The translations under genes were made by a program, and so were the position numbers. Below the pieces are notes generated by a model that worked only from the letters and a program-made list of their open reading frames with translations, had not been told where the DNA came from and made no database searches. A DNA stretch of 64,000 nt, from positions 1 to 64,000 of the forward strand of contig JAJRTR010000124.1 of NCBI GenBank assembly GCA_024278215.1, written 5' to 3'. The stretch is from a bacterium. Its GTDB lineage: Bacteria; UBP15; UBA6099; JAJRTR01. Positions within the stretch are counted from its first letter, which is position 1. Every line of letters begins with the position of its first letter. Below, in pieces: positions 1 through 8,966 of the stretch.

Positions 1-813
1 CACGACTCCGAGGGCGAGCAGCGCGCCCGCTTCGCCGCGCACGTCGCCGAGTGAACGGAACAGTTCGAGCGCGCCCTCCGCGCAATGTTCCGCCTGTTCG
101 TTTTCGTATATTTGTATATACAGAGCCGCCAGACGGTCGAGACAGTTGGCGATACCCCATTCTTCGTCGATGCTTTCGTTGATGGAAAGCGCTTCCGAAT
201 ATTTCTCGATAGCCTTGTCGATTTCCATCAGCTTGTGGAACATGTAGCCGAGGCACGACAGATGGTAGGCCATGCCCATCATGTCGTCGAGTTCGCGTTC
301 GAGCTCGATAGCTTCGGAATAAAAGGTGTAGGCAAGTTCGTCGTTGTCCTGATGGAGCGCTGAATCGGCGAGCGAGTCGAGGATGTCGACACGGGCGCTG
401 TTGTTATCCATCTTTTCAGCAATACGCAGACTTTTCTGCAACTCTTTGTCGGCCTCTTCATAGTGTTTCTGAGATTTCAGCAGGTTCCCTTTATTGAAAT
501 GAACGGTGAGGCTTCCCTGCGTGTCACTTATTTCAGCGAACAGGTGTTCGGCACGTGCATATTCGCTGATTGCTGTTTCCATGTCGCCGCCAGCGGCGGT
601 TGCGTTGCCGGACAGCAAGTGCAGGGCCGCTCGGTTTTTCTGCGATAGTTCGTTCCTCATGCAGTTGAGGAACAAGCCGCGAGCTTTCTCAAAGTGCAGC
701 GACTCGAGGTCCCTGACACCTTCCTGGAAAAGTTCTTTTATTTTTAATTCGGCATCCGGGAGTTCGCCGTAGTAATTCCATATAAAGCTGTTGCCTACCT
801 GCAAGTTCTTCAA
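1..813 (-). CDS. Tetratricopeptide-repeat protein (3'-partial, runs off window start)
   Basis: Manually translated open frame absent from the ORF track, with TPR-like helices (AYHLSCLGYMFHKLMEIDKAIEKYSEAL; GIANCLDRLAALY; GDVRGEAGALLALG). TTG start at 813 with GAGG just upstream; start is tentative. Confidence 0.75.
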   Translation of the reverse strand, partial: MKNLQVGNSFIWNYYGELPDAELKIKELFQEGVRDLESLHFEKARGLFLNCMRNELSQKNRAALHLLSGNATAAGGDMETAISEYARAEHLFAEISDTQGSLTVHFNKGNLLKSQKHYEEADKELQKSLRIAEKMDNNSARVDILDSLADSALHQDNDELAYTFYSEAIELERELDDMMGMAYHLSCLGYMFHKLMEIDKAIEKYSEALSINESIDEEWGIANCLDRLAALYIQIYENEQAEHCAEGALELFRSLGDVRGEAGALLALGVV

Positions 814-922
814 TTCGATACCTCGCCTTTTGCACAATCTTCCGAGACTCTTTCAATTATATTATGAGGAGGTGATATTGTTTTGTAAACTGCTGGACTG
901 TTGCAGGGTGTGCAATAGAAGG

Positions 923-1708
923 TCATACAAAAATATCTTTGTCCAGGACCCCGTATCTGGTAAAACTGCTTTTCAGCGTCAGGGTAATAGCCATGGAAAC
1001 GGTTATCACAGTGCCGGTGACGATGGCGATCATGATGGCGACCTGGTACTTGATGGCGACCATCGGCGAGGCACCACCGAGTATAACGCCGGTCATCATC
1101 CCGGGCAGCGACACGAGCCCGATGGTGCTTATTGTAGCGACTGTCGGCATGAGCGAGTCACGGTATGCGTCGCGGACAAACGGCATTACCGCCTCTCTGA
1201 GCCGCGCACCCTGCGCCAGCGACAGCAGATATCGCTTTTCGCTTTTTCTCACAGATTTATAGAATCCGCGAATGCCTATTATGTCTGCCCGCAGGCAGTT
1301 GCCCAGTATCATGCCCCCTATCGGAATCGCATATTGCGCGTCGAGCAGATGTGGCCTCTTGAGAATGAGACCAACGAAAAACGTGAGCGGTATCGCCGTG
1401 CCGATAAGCAAAGAAATGAAAACCGGCCATGCGAACCGCCGCATACGCAAGCCCACACCACGAATTATCGACACATCCGCTACCACCGTCATCACGACCA
1501 GCCAGAGCCCGTTGATCCAGAAACTGTTGAGATTGAATATATATTGCAGATAGAGCCCGACGAAAAGTAATTGTACTGTCATCCGCACGACAGCTATCGC
1601 CGATTCCTTTATGATCGGTACACGATACCAAAGCAATATCGCAAGCGGTATTATCAGAAGGGCATAGCCTGCGATGAATGCCGACCATGAGATGTTTATT
1701 GTGTCCAT
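923..1708 (-). CDS. fetB: ABC transporter permease, UPF0014/FetB (YbbM) family
   Basis: Hydrophobic protein with RMTVQL, IPIGGMILGN and GLVSLPGMMTGVILGGASP..A..YQ motifs; next to a short ABC ATPase. Confidence 0.85.
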   Translation of the reverse strand: MDTINISWSAFIAGYALLIIPLAILLWYRVPIIKESAIAVVRMTVQLLFVGLYLQYIFNLNSFWINGLWLVVMTVVADVSIIRGVGLRMRRFAWPVFISLLIGTAIPLTFFVGLILKRPHLLDAQYAIPIGGMILGNCLRADIIGIRGFYKSVRKSEKRYLLSLAQGARLREAVMPFVRDAYRDSLMPTVATISTIGLVSLPGMMTGVILGGASPMVAIKYQVAIMIAIVTGTVITVSMAITLTLKSSFTRYGVLDKDIFV

Positions 1709-1767
1709 GACGCCTGTCTGTCCGGTTTCTCAGCCTGTTAACACGACAACGCATCTTTCGGATTTTG

Positions 1768-1789
1768 CAGGCGAGACGCCTTTGCTACT
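1768..1789 (-). repeat. GTAG-type REP-like palindrome (family C)
   Basis: Minus strand GTAGCAAAGGCGTCTCGCCTG; related copies at 11462-11529. Confidence 0.55.
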
Positions 1790-1913
1790 TTCATAAAACA
1801 TCTTTTCAGCTACAAAGGTGCTCTTCTGTGTAGCTCTGCACGTTGTCTTTACGAATGTTGCGTTGTAGTGTTAAGCCATTTCGTGCATGTGCGATGTTCG
1901 CATGTCGATTCTC

Positions 1914-2543
1914 TCAGCAGATCTCAATATTATTGTCGGGAAAAAACACGCCGTTCCGGTCGTGTGAAACTGAAAGAACGGTAATATTGTTCGCGCGGCG
2001 GAAGAAATCCGCCACTGCCTTTTTGCTTTCCGCATCCAGCGCTGATGTCACTTCGTCGAGCAGATAGATGTCTCTATTCAGCAATATTGCCGATACGATG
2101 GCCACCCGCTGCTTTTCGCCGCCGGATAATGTCGCCGCGTCTTTTTCGAGCAGCGAGCGCTGGAGAAGCAACTCGTCGAAGAGCGACTCGCTCCTGCCGC
2201 TGTCGTATTCGATGTTTGAATTGATTTTATATGAAAAAGGCTTTTGAAGTATCTCCGCGACACGGCCCTCGCCGAGGTCGGGTTCCTGCTGCACGAAAGC
2301 AAGTCGACCGCGCAGCCTCCAGATGCTCGATGCGTCGACCTCTTCACCCTCGACAAATATTTCCCCGGCGGTCGGTTGTATAAAACCCATGACGGCCCTG
2401 AGGATCGACGACTTACCCGAACCCGACGGCCCCGTGAGAGACACCCTCGCGCCGACCGGCACACAAAATGATATATCGTCCAATATCCTGCGCCCGTCGA
2501 ATGTCAGAGCGAGACCGGATATTTCCACAGCGTTATTCTTCAC
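1914..2543 (-). CDS. fetA: ABC transporter ATP-binding protein, FetA/YbbL-like
   Basis: Walker A GPSGSGKS, signature LSGGEKQR, Walker B LLDEVTSALD, H-loop VSHD. GTG at 2543 chosen over the ORF-track start, which overlaps the upstream gene. Confidence 0.8.
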   Translation of the reverse strand: MKNNAVEISGLALTFDGRRILDDISFCVPVGARVSLTGPSGSGKSSILRAVMGFIQPTAGEIFVEGEEVDASSIWRLRGRLAFVQQEPDLGEGRVAEILQKPFSYKINSNIEYDSGRSESLFDELLLQRSLLEKDAATLSGGEKQRVAIVSAILLNRDIYLLDEVTSALDAESKKAVADFFRRANNITVLSVSHDRNGVFFPDNNIEIC

Positions 2544-2562
2544 TAATACTTCAACCTCATTT

Positions 2563-3732
2563 TCAAAACCAGACGATTGTCGATGGAAACGCTTTCTTTT
2601 TCGAAGCCTTTTTCTTGTTTTTACCGGTTGCGCCGGAAGTGTAGAGCGTCCAGTTGCCTGCGCCTTTTTTCCTGAGATATGCAAGGCTCTGCCCGTCGGG
2701 CGACCAGACCGGATATATGACATTATACGACGAAGATGTAATACGTTTTCTGCCTGAGCCGTCTTTGTTGATTGTATACAGAACTCTTTTCCCGCCGCGT
2801 GAAGATGTGAAGGCGATTTTCGCCCCGTCGGGCGAGAATACCATATCGGCATTGACGTTTTCGCCGTTTGTAAGACACGTACTGTTTTCAGTGTCCATAT
2901 AGTAGATGCAGAGGTCGTAAAAAGTGGAACCGGGCTTAGTGTCGGGCATGTTTGCGAGATAGATAACCGAGTTGCCGTCGGGCGACCAGCGCGGGTGCAG
3001 TTCGCTTACATAAGTTGTTTTCGTGAGACGTGTTTCCACGCGGTCGCGCGGCAGCTTCGCCATGCGCATCTTGTAGAGGTCATAGTTCCAGTTCCTGAAA
3101 GAGTAGTAGACGATGTATCTGCTGTTGGGCGAAATCTGCGGGTCGAGCGCCTGGTTGTCGGAGAGTGTTATTTGCTTGAAACTCTTGCCCGAGCGGCCGC
3201 CCTTCAGGAGAAAATAGCTTTTCTCCGCTTTCAGCATGTATAGCATATCCGAGCCGCGGGGCATGAACTGCGGGCGTAGTTCCTGCCATAGGAAATTCGA
3301 GATTTTTGTTTCCCGCATCGTCTTAAGGTCTGTGAGATAGATATTCCAGTTCAGGCTTTTGTGTCTCGTGTAGTATGTGCGTGAAGGAAAGTAACTGTAG
3401 AAATATATGTAGAATTCTTCTCGAGGGTAGAATTGCTCGCCGTTCCATTCACGCCAGAGCCGGAGCCCCTCGTCGTCGTATACTCTGTAGGAAGCATAAG
3501 AGATTCTGGTTTTGTCTGCGGAAATAGAAGGATAAAGATTATAGACGCGCTTGAGGGTTGTGTCGTTGTTGAAAGTCAGTTGAGTCTCTGCGCCTCCGGA
3601 GTCGCTGACCCGGAAGATATGTTTTTCCGCGCCCATGTCGCGCACGTAAAGAATGTCGGCCCGCGCGCCGGCGGCAGTGGCGATTGCTGAAAGGATCAGC
3701 GCTGCAATATATATGATTGTTTTATATTTCAT
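2563..3732 (-). CDS. TolB-like secreted beta-propeller protein (PD40 repeats)
   Basis: Signal peptide followed by repeated P.WSPDG / FSPDG / ISPNS motifs. Confidence 0.8.
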   Translation of the reverse strand: MKYKTIIYIAALILSAIATAAGARADILYVRDMGAEKHIFRVSDSGGAETQLTFNNDTTLKRVYNLYPSISADKTRISYASYRVYDDEGLRLWREWNGEQFYPREEFYIYFYSYFPSRTYYTRHKSLNWNIYLTDLKTMRETKISNFLWQELRPQFMPRGSDMLYMLKAEKSYFLLKGGRSGKSFKQITLSDNQALDPQISPNSRYIVYYSFRNWNYDLYKMRMAKLPRDRVETRLTKTTYVSELHPRWSPDGNSVIYLANMPDTKPGSTFYDLCIYYMDTENSTCLTNGENVNADMVFSPDGAKIAFTSSRGGKRVLYTINKDGSGRKRITSSSYNVIYPVWSPDGQSLAYLRKKGAGNWTLYTSGATGKNKKKASKKKAFPSTIVWF

Positions 3733-3765
3733 ATAAACTTCCATGCTGAAAACGAGTCCGGCATA

Positions 3766-4920
3766 TCATATCTCATTTGGATTACCGGCGATGTAATTTG
3801 TGTAGACCCTGTGCACACGTTTGCCGATCAGCGACACTACTTCATAATCTATGGTGCCCAGTATGGCCGCTATTTCATCCACTGTGATTTCGAGATCGCC
3901 CTGCCTGCCGATCAGCACTGCCTCGTTTTCCACTCCGACCGCAGGGACGTCTGTAACATCGACCATCATGAAATCCATGCACACATTGCCGATGACCGGC
4001 GCTTCGCATCCGTTGACCAGCACGCGGCCCGTATTGGACAGCCGCCTGCTGAAGCCATCCGCGTAGCCCGCCGGGAGTGTCGCCACGCGCGTGGGCCGTT
4101 TCGTGACATAAGTTCCACTGTAGCTGATCTTTGTCCCCTCCGGCACAGTCTTCAGTTCCACAATAGTGCTTTTTATCGTCATGGCCGGTTTGAAATCCGC
4201 CACATATTTGCGCATCGCCGCCGAGGGGGCGAGCCCATAGAGAACAATGCCGGGCCGCACCATATCGTATCGGGCGCGATCACAACGGAGCGCGGCGGCG
4301 CTGTTCGCCGCATGCAGCGCGGGCATCGCCATGCCTTCATCTTTCAGACCGGCAATAAGTTTGTCGAACCTGTCAAGCTGCATTTCCGTATACGCTTCAC
4401 CTCCTTCGTCGTCAGCGCACGAAAGGTGTGTGTATATACCGTCAAGTCTTATATTATCCAGAACTCCGATCTCCTTAAGAAGCGGAAGCGACCTTTCGGG
4501 GACAATGCCGATGCGGCTCATACCCGTGTCGATTTTCACGTGGACACGCGCGGTCTTATTCTGTTTTGCAGCCTGCGTGGACAGAGCGCGTGCGAGGCCG
4601 AGGTGGTAGACAGTCTGGATGAAATCGCCCTCGACGACTTCAGCGGCCCATGAAGGCTGCGTGTAGCCGAGGATAAGGATGTCGGTCTCTATACCTGCGT
4701 CGCGAAGCTCGACAGCCTCCTCGAGCGATGCCACGGCGAGGCAATCGACACCGGCGTGCAGCAGCGAGCGCGACACGGCGACAGCGCCGTGTCCGTAAGC
4801 GTCCGCCTTCACTACGCCCATGATTTTCACATCGTCCCCGACACGCGCCCTGACAAGTCGGAGGTTGTGTTCGATTTTATCGCAATCGATTTCGGCCCAG
4901 ATCGGCCTGAATATTCTCAT
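3766..4920 (-). CDS. alr: Alanine racemase
   Basis: VVKADAYGHG PLP-lysine motif, KIDTGMSRIG, AANSAA, GYADG, VCMD. Confidence 0.97.
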   Translation of the reverse strand: MRIFRPIWAEIDCDKIEHNLRLVRARVGDDVKIMGVVKADAYGHGAVAVSRSLLHAGVDCLAVASLEEAVELRDAGIETDILILGYTQPSWAAEVVEGDFIQTVYHLGLARALSTQAAKQNKTARVHVKIDTGMSRIGIVPERSLPLLKEIGVLDNIRLDGIYTHLSCADDEGGEAYTEMQLDRFDKLIAGLKDEGMAMPALHAANSAAALRCDRARYDMVRPGIVLYGLAPSAAMRKYVADFKPAMTIKSTIVELKTVPEGTKISYSGTYVTKRPTRVATLPAGYADGFSRRLSNTGRVLVNGCEAPVIGNVCMDFMMVDVTDVPAVGVENEAVLIGRQGDLEITVDEIAAILGTIDYEVVSLIGKRVHRVYTNYIAGNPNEI

Positions 4921-4961
4921 AATTGTTTCCCTTTCGCAGCTTCACGCGCAAACGCTGTTAA

Positions 4962-4985
4962 CCCGCACAGGTGAAATATGCGAGG
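4962..4985. repeat. Stand-alone terminal hairpin of MITE family B
   Basis: CCCGCACAGGTGAAATATGCGAGG flanked by TTAA/CTAA; abuts the nnr stop codon. Confidence 0.6.
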
Positions 4986-6548
4986 CTAAACGGCAGCCTC
5001 GTAAATCTTTCTGACAGCCGATGCAATCGAAGAGACGATATCCGAAGCGATCATCGAGCGGCGTCCCGACTCGGAAGCAGCCGCGTCACCGGCCATTCCA
5101 TGCAGATAAACACCAGTCATAGCCGCGAGTTCAGGCTCCATGCCCTCGCCGAGCAGCGACCCGATGATACCGCTGAGCACATCGCCGCTGCCCGCTGTGG
5201 CCATTCCGCCGTTGCCTGTCGGATTTACGTAAACCGCGCCATCGGGTGTCGCAATCAGCGAGTTCGGCCCCTTCAGCACGACTATCACCGAATATTCCAT
5301 CGCAAAATCACGGGCCGTCTCGAACCTCGCCGCCTGCACATCGGAAATCTTCTTTCCGGTCAGGCGCGCCATCTCGCCCGGATGCGGTGTCAGCACAACA
5401 GGCGCGCGCGCTATATTCAAAACATCAGGGTCGCGAGCGATGCAATTAAGTCCGTCCGCATCTATCAGCAGCGGAACACGGCACTCCTCGACGACTCTTT
5501 CGACAATCTCCTGCGCTCCGTCCGTCACGCTTATGCCCGGACCGAGAACCACGGCGTCGACATCTTCGAGTTTATCGACGATCGCGCCTGCGGCGGACAA
5601 CGCAAGGCGGCCACGGCTGTCTTCATCCTGCGGCAGAGTAATCGCTTCAGTAAATTTTCGCTCGATAATATTATTGAGTCCACGCGGGACAGCCAGATAT
5701 ATCAGGCCCGTGCCGGTGCGCAGCGCCGCTTCGCCTGCCAGTATCGTCGCGCCCGACATGCCGCGCGAACCGCCGACAATCAACACTTTACCGCAATCGC
5801 CCTTATGCACGTCGTCCGTCCTGAACGTAAATATTCTGCTCACATAATCCAGTGTCGTCAGATATGCGGCCGGTTCTGTTTCATCCAGCAGAGAGCGGGG
5901 GATACCGATGTCCACGACATAGACACTGCCCGCTTTTTCCGCGGCGGGATGCACAAAAAGCCCGATTTTCGCAGCGCCGAATGTCGCCGTGTGGTCCGCC
6001 TCGACCGCGCCGTTATAAACACGCCCTTCGTCGACACTTATCCCGGACGGCACATCCACCGCGAACACCGGGCAATCCGCGTTATTGATTGCTTTGATAA
6101 TTTTCAGATAAAAAGGTTTCACCTCACCTTTAACACCTGTTCCAAGCAACGCGTCCACAAGCAGGTCGGCTTTTTTGACCCTGTTTCGTAGTGGAGAAAG
6201 TTTTTTCGCTTCGGTAATACTTATCACCGGGATACCCATCCTGACGCAAATCTCCATATTGGTTTTCGCGTCGCCTTTTATGTCCGCCGGTTTCGCGCCC
6301 AGCACAACCTCGGGCGTCGCGCCCGCGTTCAGCAGGTAGCGCGCGACAGCGAAACCGTCGCCTCCGTTATTCCCTTTTCCGCAAACAATCAGCGCGTACT
6401 TGCCGTCCAGCGGGGCCATCTCATTACTGATCACTTTAAACAGGCCCCTGGATGCGTTTTCCATCAGCACAATACCTGGAATGCCCATATCTTTAATCGC
6501 AGTCTCATCGAGTTTTCGCATCTGTGCCGCTGTCAGTAATTTCATCAT
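4986..6548 (-). CDS. nnr: Bifunctional NAD(P)H-hydrate epimerase/dehydratase
   Basis: YjeF_N motifs CGKGNNGGDG, DALLGTG, VDVPSG; carbohydrate-kinase domain HKG..G, LTPHPGE, ATAGSGDVLSG. Confidence 0.95.
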   Translation of the reverse strand: MMKLLTAAQMRKLDETAIKDMGIPGIVLMENASRGLFKVISNEMAPLDGKYALIVCGKGNNGGDGFAVARYLLNAGATPEVVLGAKPADIKGDAKTNMEICVRMGIPVISITEAKKLSPLRNRVKKADLLVDALLGTGVKGEVKPFYLKIIKAINNADCPVFAVDVPSGISVDEGRVYNGAVEADHTATFGAAKIGLFVHPAAEKAGSVYVVDIGIPRSLLDETEPAAYLTTLDYVSRIFTFRTDDVHKGDCGKVLIVGGSRGMSGATILAGEAALRTGTGLIYLAVPRGLNNIIERKFTEAITLPQDEDSRGRLALSAAGAIVDKLEDVDAVVLGPGISVTDGAQEIVERVVEECRVPLLIDADGLNCIARDPDVLNIARAPVVLTPHPGEMARLTGKKISDVQAARFETARDFAMEYSVIVVLKGPNSLIATPDGAVYVNPTGNGGMATAGSGDVLSGIIGSLLGEGMEPELAAMTGVYLHGMAGDAAASESGRRSMIASDIVSSIASAVRKIYEAAV

Positions 6549-6604
6549 AACAAATCACTCCACAATAATTGTGAATATTCCGATACATCCTCATTTATTC
6601 TAAA

Positions 6605-6783
6605 GAACCAATTGCAAAATTCTGATTCGGCTGCGGTCGGCTGCAATTGTACATAGCTGCGTTGTCGGCACAAAATCACCCTCAACGTACTCGGTGAGTA
6701 CGTCTGCGGGGATTTTGCACCTCCGCCTTGCTTCTGAAAAATTTCGTTCGACCTCGCTACGAACATAATTGTGCAATTGGCTC
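6605..6783 (+). mobile_element. MITE family A, copy 1 (179 bp)
   Basis: Terminal inverted repeats GAACCAATTGCAAAATT...AATTGTGCAATTGGCTC, 4-bp target duplication TAAA, central CGTACTC-GGT-GAGTACG hairpin. Confidence 0.85.
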
Positions 6784-6898
6784 TAAATAAAAATCTGTTT
6801 TATGGGAAATACGACAAAAGCCGACCGTTGTACATCCGAACAGCAGCCCGGCATGTCGTTAAATAATGTCAGCATAAAAAGTGCTTGCCGCCAGTGCG

Positions 6899-7366
6899 TC
6901 AAAGGTCCATATCATCATCGTCAGCCGGCTGGATCATACTGACCCGCCGCTGGTGGCGTCCGCCCTCGAATTCTGTTTCGAGCCATTTCGTGATAATCTC
7001 GATCGCCATGTCGGACCCGATAAGTCTTGCGCCGAGGCACAGTATATTCGAGTCGTTGTGCCGCCTCGACAACATTGCCGAATATGGCTCCGAACATAGC
7101 GCCGCCCTGATGCCCGTCACTTTATTTGCCGCCATGCTCATGCCTATGCCTGAACCGCAGATAAGTATTCCCTTATCACAATTACCGGCGGCCACCTTTT
7201 CTGCCGCGGCATGGGCGAAAACCGGGTAGTCGCACGATTCCCTGGAATCCGTGCCGACATCCACCACCTCATACCCCTGGCCATCGAGCCAACCGATAAC
7301 CTGCGCCTTCATGTCATAAGCGGCGTGGTCGCTACCGACAGCTACTTTCTGCGTCCTCTTCTCCAA
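6899..7366 (-). CDS. rpiB: Ribose-5-phosphate isomerase B
   Basis: GSDHAA, DYP, ICGSGIGMSMAANK, RHNDSN, FEGGRH..R motifs; TTG start inferred. Confidence 0.95.
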   Translation of the reverse strand: MEKRTQKVAVGSDHAAYDMKAQVIGWLDGQGYEVVDVGTDSRESCDYPVFAHAAAEKVAAGNCDKGILICGSGIGMSMAANKVTGIRAALCSEPYSAMLSRRHNDSNILCLGARLIGSDMAIEIITKWLETEFEGGRHQRRVSMIQPADDDDMDL

Positions 7367-7522
7367 AACATGGCCCCCAATACTCTTTGTGAATTCATAA
7401 TATATCATGTTCCACCGGATGTAAACCCGAATCGGGGCGGGAGAGCGGCAATATCCTGTGACTTGAGCACCTGTGCGAAGCAGCAAGAAAACAAAACAGA
7501 GCACGCAGAGGGAAATACCTTT

Positions 7523-8956
7523 TCAACCTCCGTGTTTTCCGGGTTTCTGTGCCCTCCGTGTTGATCTTTGTCTTTCGTCATACAGCAGCAGGTCGACATT
7601 GACCTCGAAGATGCCGAGGGCCGTGCCGGCGAGGAGACGGTTGGTTTTCGGCGTGAGATAGAGAGCGCGGCAGTTGCGGCCTACGTAGACGCTGCCGACG
7701 CGGCGATGGTCGAAGCCGAATATCAACAGGTCTGGCCCAAGCATATTACCGACATAAATGAGTTTTCTTTTTTCATCGACAAGCACAGGTCGAGCGCCGG
7801 GTTTTGCACGCAGTGTGCCTGTTGTTCCGAACGTGTCGCGGTCCACTGCAAACACTTTTCCCGACATCGAGTTCGACACGTAAACACGTCGCCGCGCGGA
7901 ATCGAGCGCGACGCCGCCGCCGACGAATGAAAGAGGGAATTTCACCCTGATCTTTTTCAGCAGATGCAGGTCGATCTCGCTCAGCATGTACGGGAACATC
8001 CAGTTGGACGTATACATCTCACCGCTGTTCCAGTCGACCGCAACATCGATCGGCGAGCCGAAAACATTTTTTTTATGTTTCTGCTCGAGGTCCGGCAGGC
8101 TGAACTCGATCATCGTGCCGTTCCCCTCGTGCGTAACGAATGCACGGTTGAAAATCCTGTCGACGACAATAAACATCGGGTATGGATTTGTCGGTCTCGA
8201 CTCGACGGGTTCGAGAGTGGCGGCATCCAGCTTGAGGAGTTTGCCGTTGTCGTAGTCTGTGGCGAGCAGATATTTCTCATCCGGAGTGAGCTCGGCATCG
8301 TATATGCGGCTCGACGACCAGCGGATGGGTTTTTCGCTGCCCGGGATGCGCGGGTCTATGCTGCGCAGGCTGTAAAAACCGGCATCGTTTTTTTCATTCC
8401 CCTTGCCCTTTGCAGTGAAGAAGAGCCTGGACTCGTCGGAGTTCGACGTTATCCGCCTGACGCCGTCATATAAGCGGAACGCGCCGCGGTCGGGCCTCGT
8501 CGTGTTGCCCATAAACAGGAAAACCGGTCGGATATACTTTTCCGTATTGATGCGGTCGAGCAACTTGTCGGAACAGCGCGGCGGGAGAAAAAGAAGGAAG
8601 ACGCACAGGGTCGTTATATTCAGGAGCAGACCCGCCGCGAGTTCCACACGCAGTTTGCGTGCCGCCGCAAGTGCGATGCAGGCCGCGAGCGCGGGCAGCA
8701 GCACGGCGGCGTAGTGATAGACGGAAAATCTGAAAAGAAAAAATAGAAAAAAGAAGAGCAACGCGAAATAAGCGGCATAGAGAAGTTTTGCAGTGCGGCC
8801 AGGCTCGACGCCCCGCTCGCGCCGTAGCCGCACCGCCGCATAACCGCCGCACAGCACCAGAGTCAGCGCCGGCAGCGGCGGCACGACAAATGCCATCGCT
8901 CCATTGACAAACAGAAACGGGAAAAGACCTGTAAGAAAAAGAATCAGTGCTCGCAT
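7523..8956 (-). CDS. Membrane-anchored YncE/YVTN-like beta-propeller protein
   Basis: Several N-terminal TM helices then propeller blades (P.DVAVD, GVALDS.RRRVYVSN). ATG 8956 avoids overlap with the upstream gene. Confidence 0.65.
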   Translation of the reverse strand: MRALILFLTGLFPFLFVNGAMAFVVPPLPALTLVLCGGYAAVRLRRERGVEPGRTAKLLYAAYFALLFFFLFFLFRFSVYHYAAVLLPALAACIALAAARKLRVELAAGLLLNITTLCVFLLFLPPRCSDKLLDRINTEKYIRPVFLFMGNTTRPDRGAFRLYDGVRRITSNSDESRLFFTAKGKGNEKNDAGFYSLRSIDPRIPGSEKPIRWSSSRIYDAELTPDEKYLLATDYDNGKLLKLDAATLEPVESRPTNPYPMFIVVDRIFNRAFVTHEGNGTMIEFSLPDLEQKHKKNVFGSPIDVAVDWNSGEMYTSNWMFPYMLSEIDLHLLKKIRVKFPLSFVGGGVALDSARRRVYVSNSMSGKVFAVDRDTFGTTGTLRAKPGARPVLVDEKRKLIYVGNMLGPDLLIFGFDHRRVGSVYVGRNCRALYLTPKTNRLLAGTALGIFEVNVDLLLYDERQRSTRRAQKPGKHGG

Positions 8957-8966
8957 GATATTTGTA

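Noticed and set aside
791-1570. Plus-strand 259-aa ORF with an internal perfect AGGAGGTG near 867
   Set aside because: Antisense to a convincing fetB gene and no recognisable protein features.
4971-6191. Long antisense ORFs (also 41931-42956, 44310-45584, 58328-59443, 62657-63430)
   Set aside because: Shadow frames of GC-rich, well-supported genes on the opposite strand.
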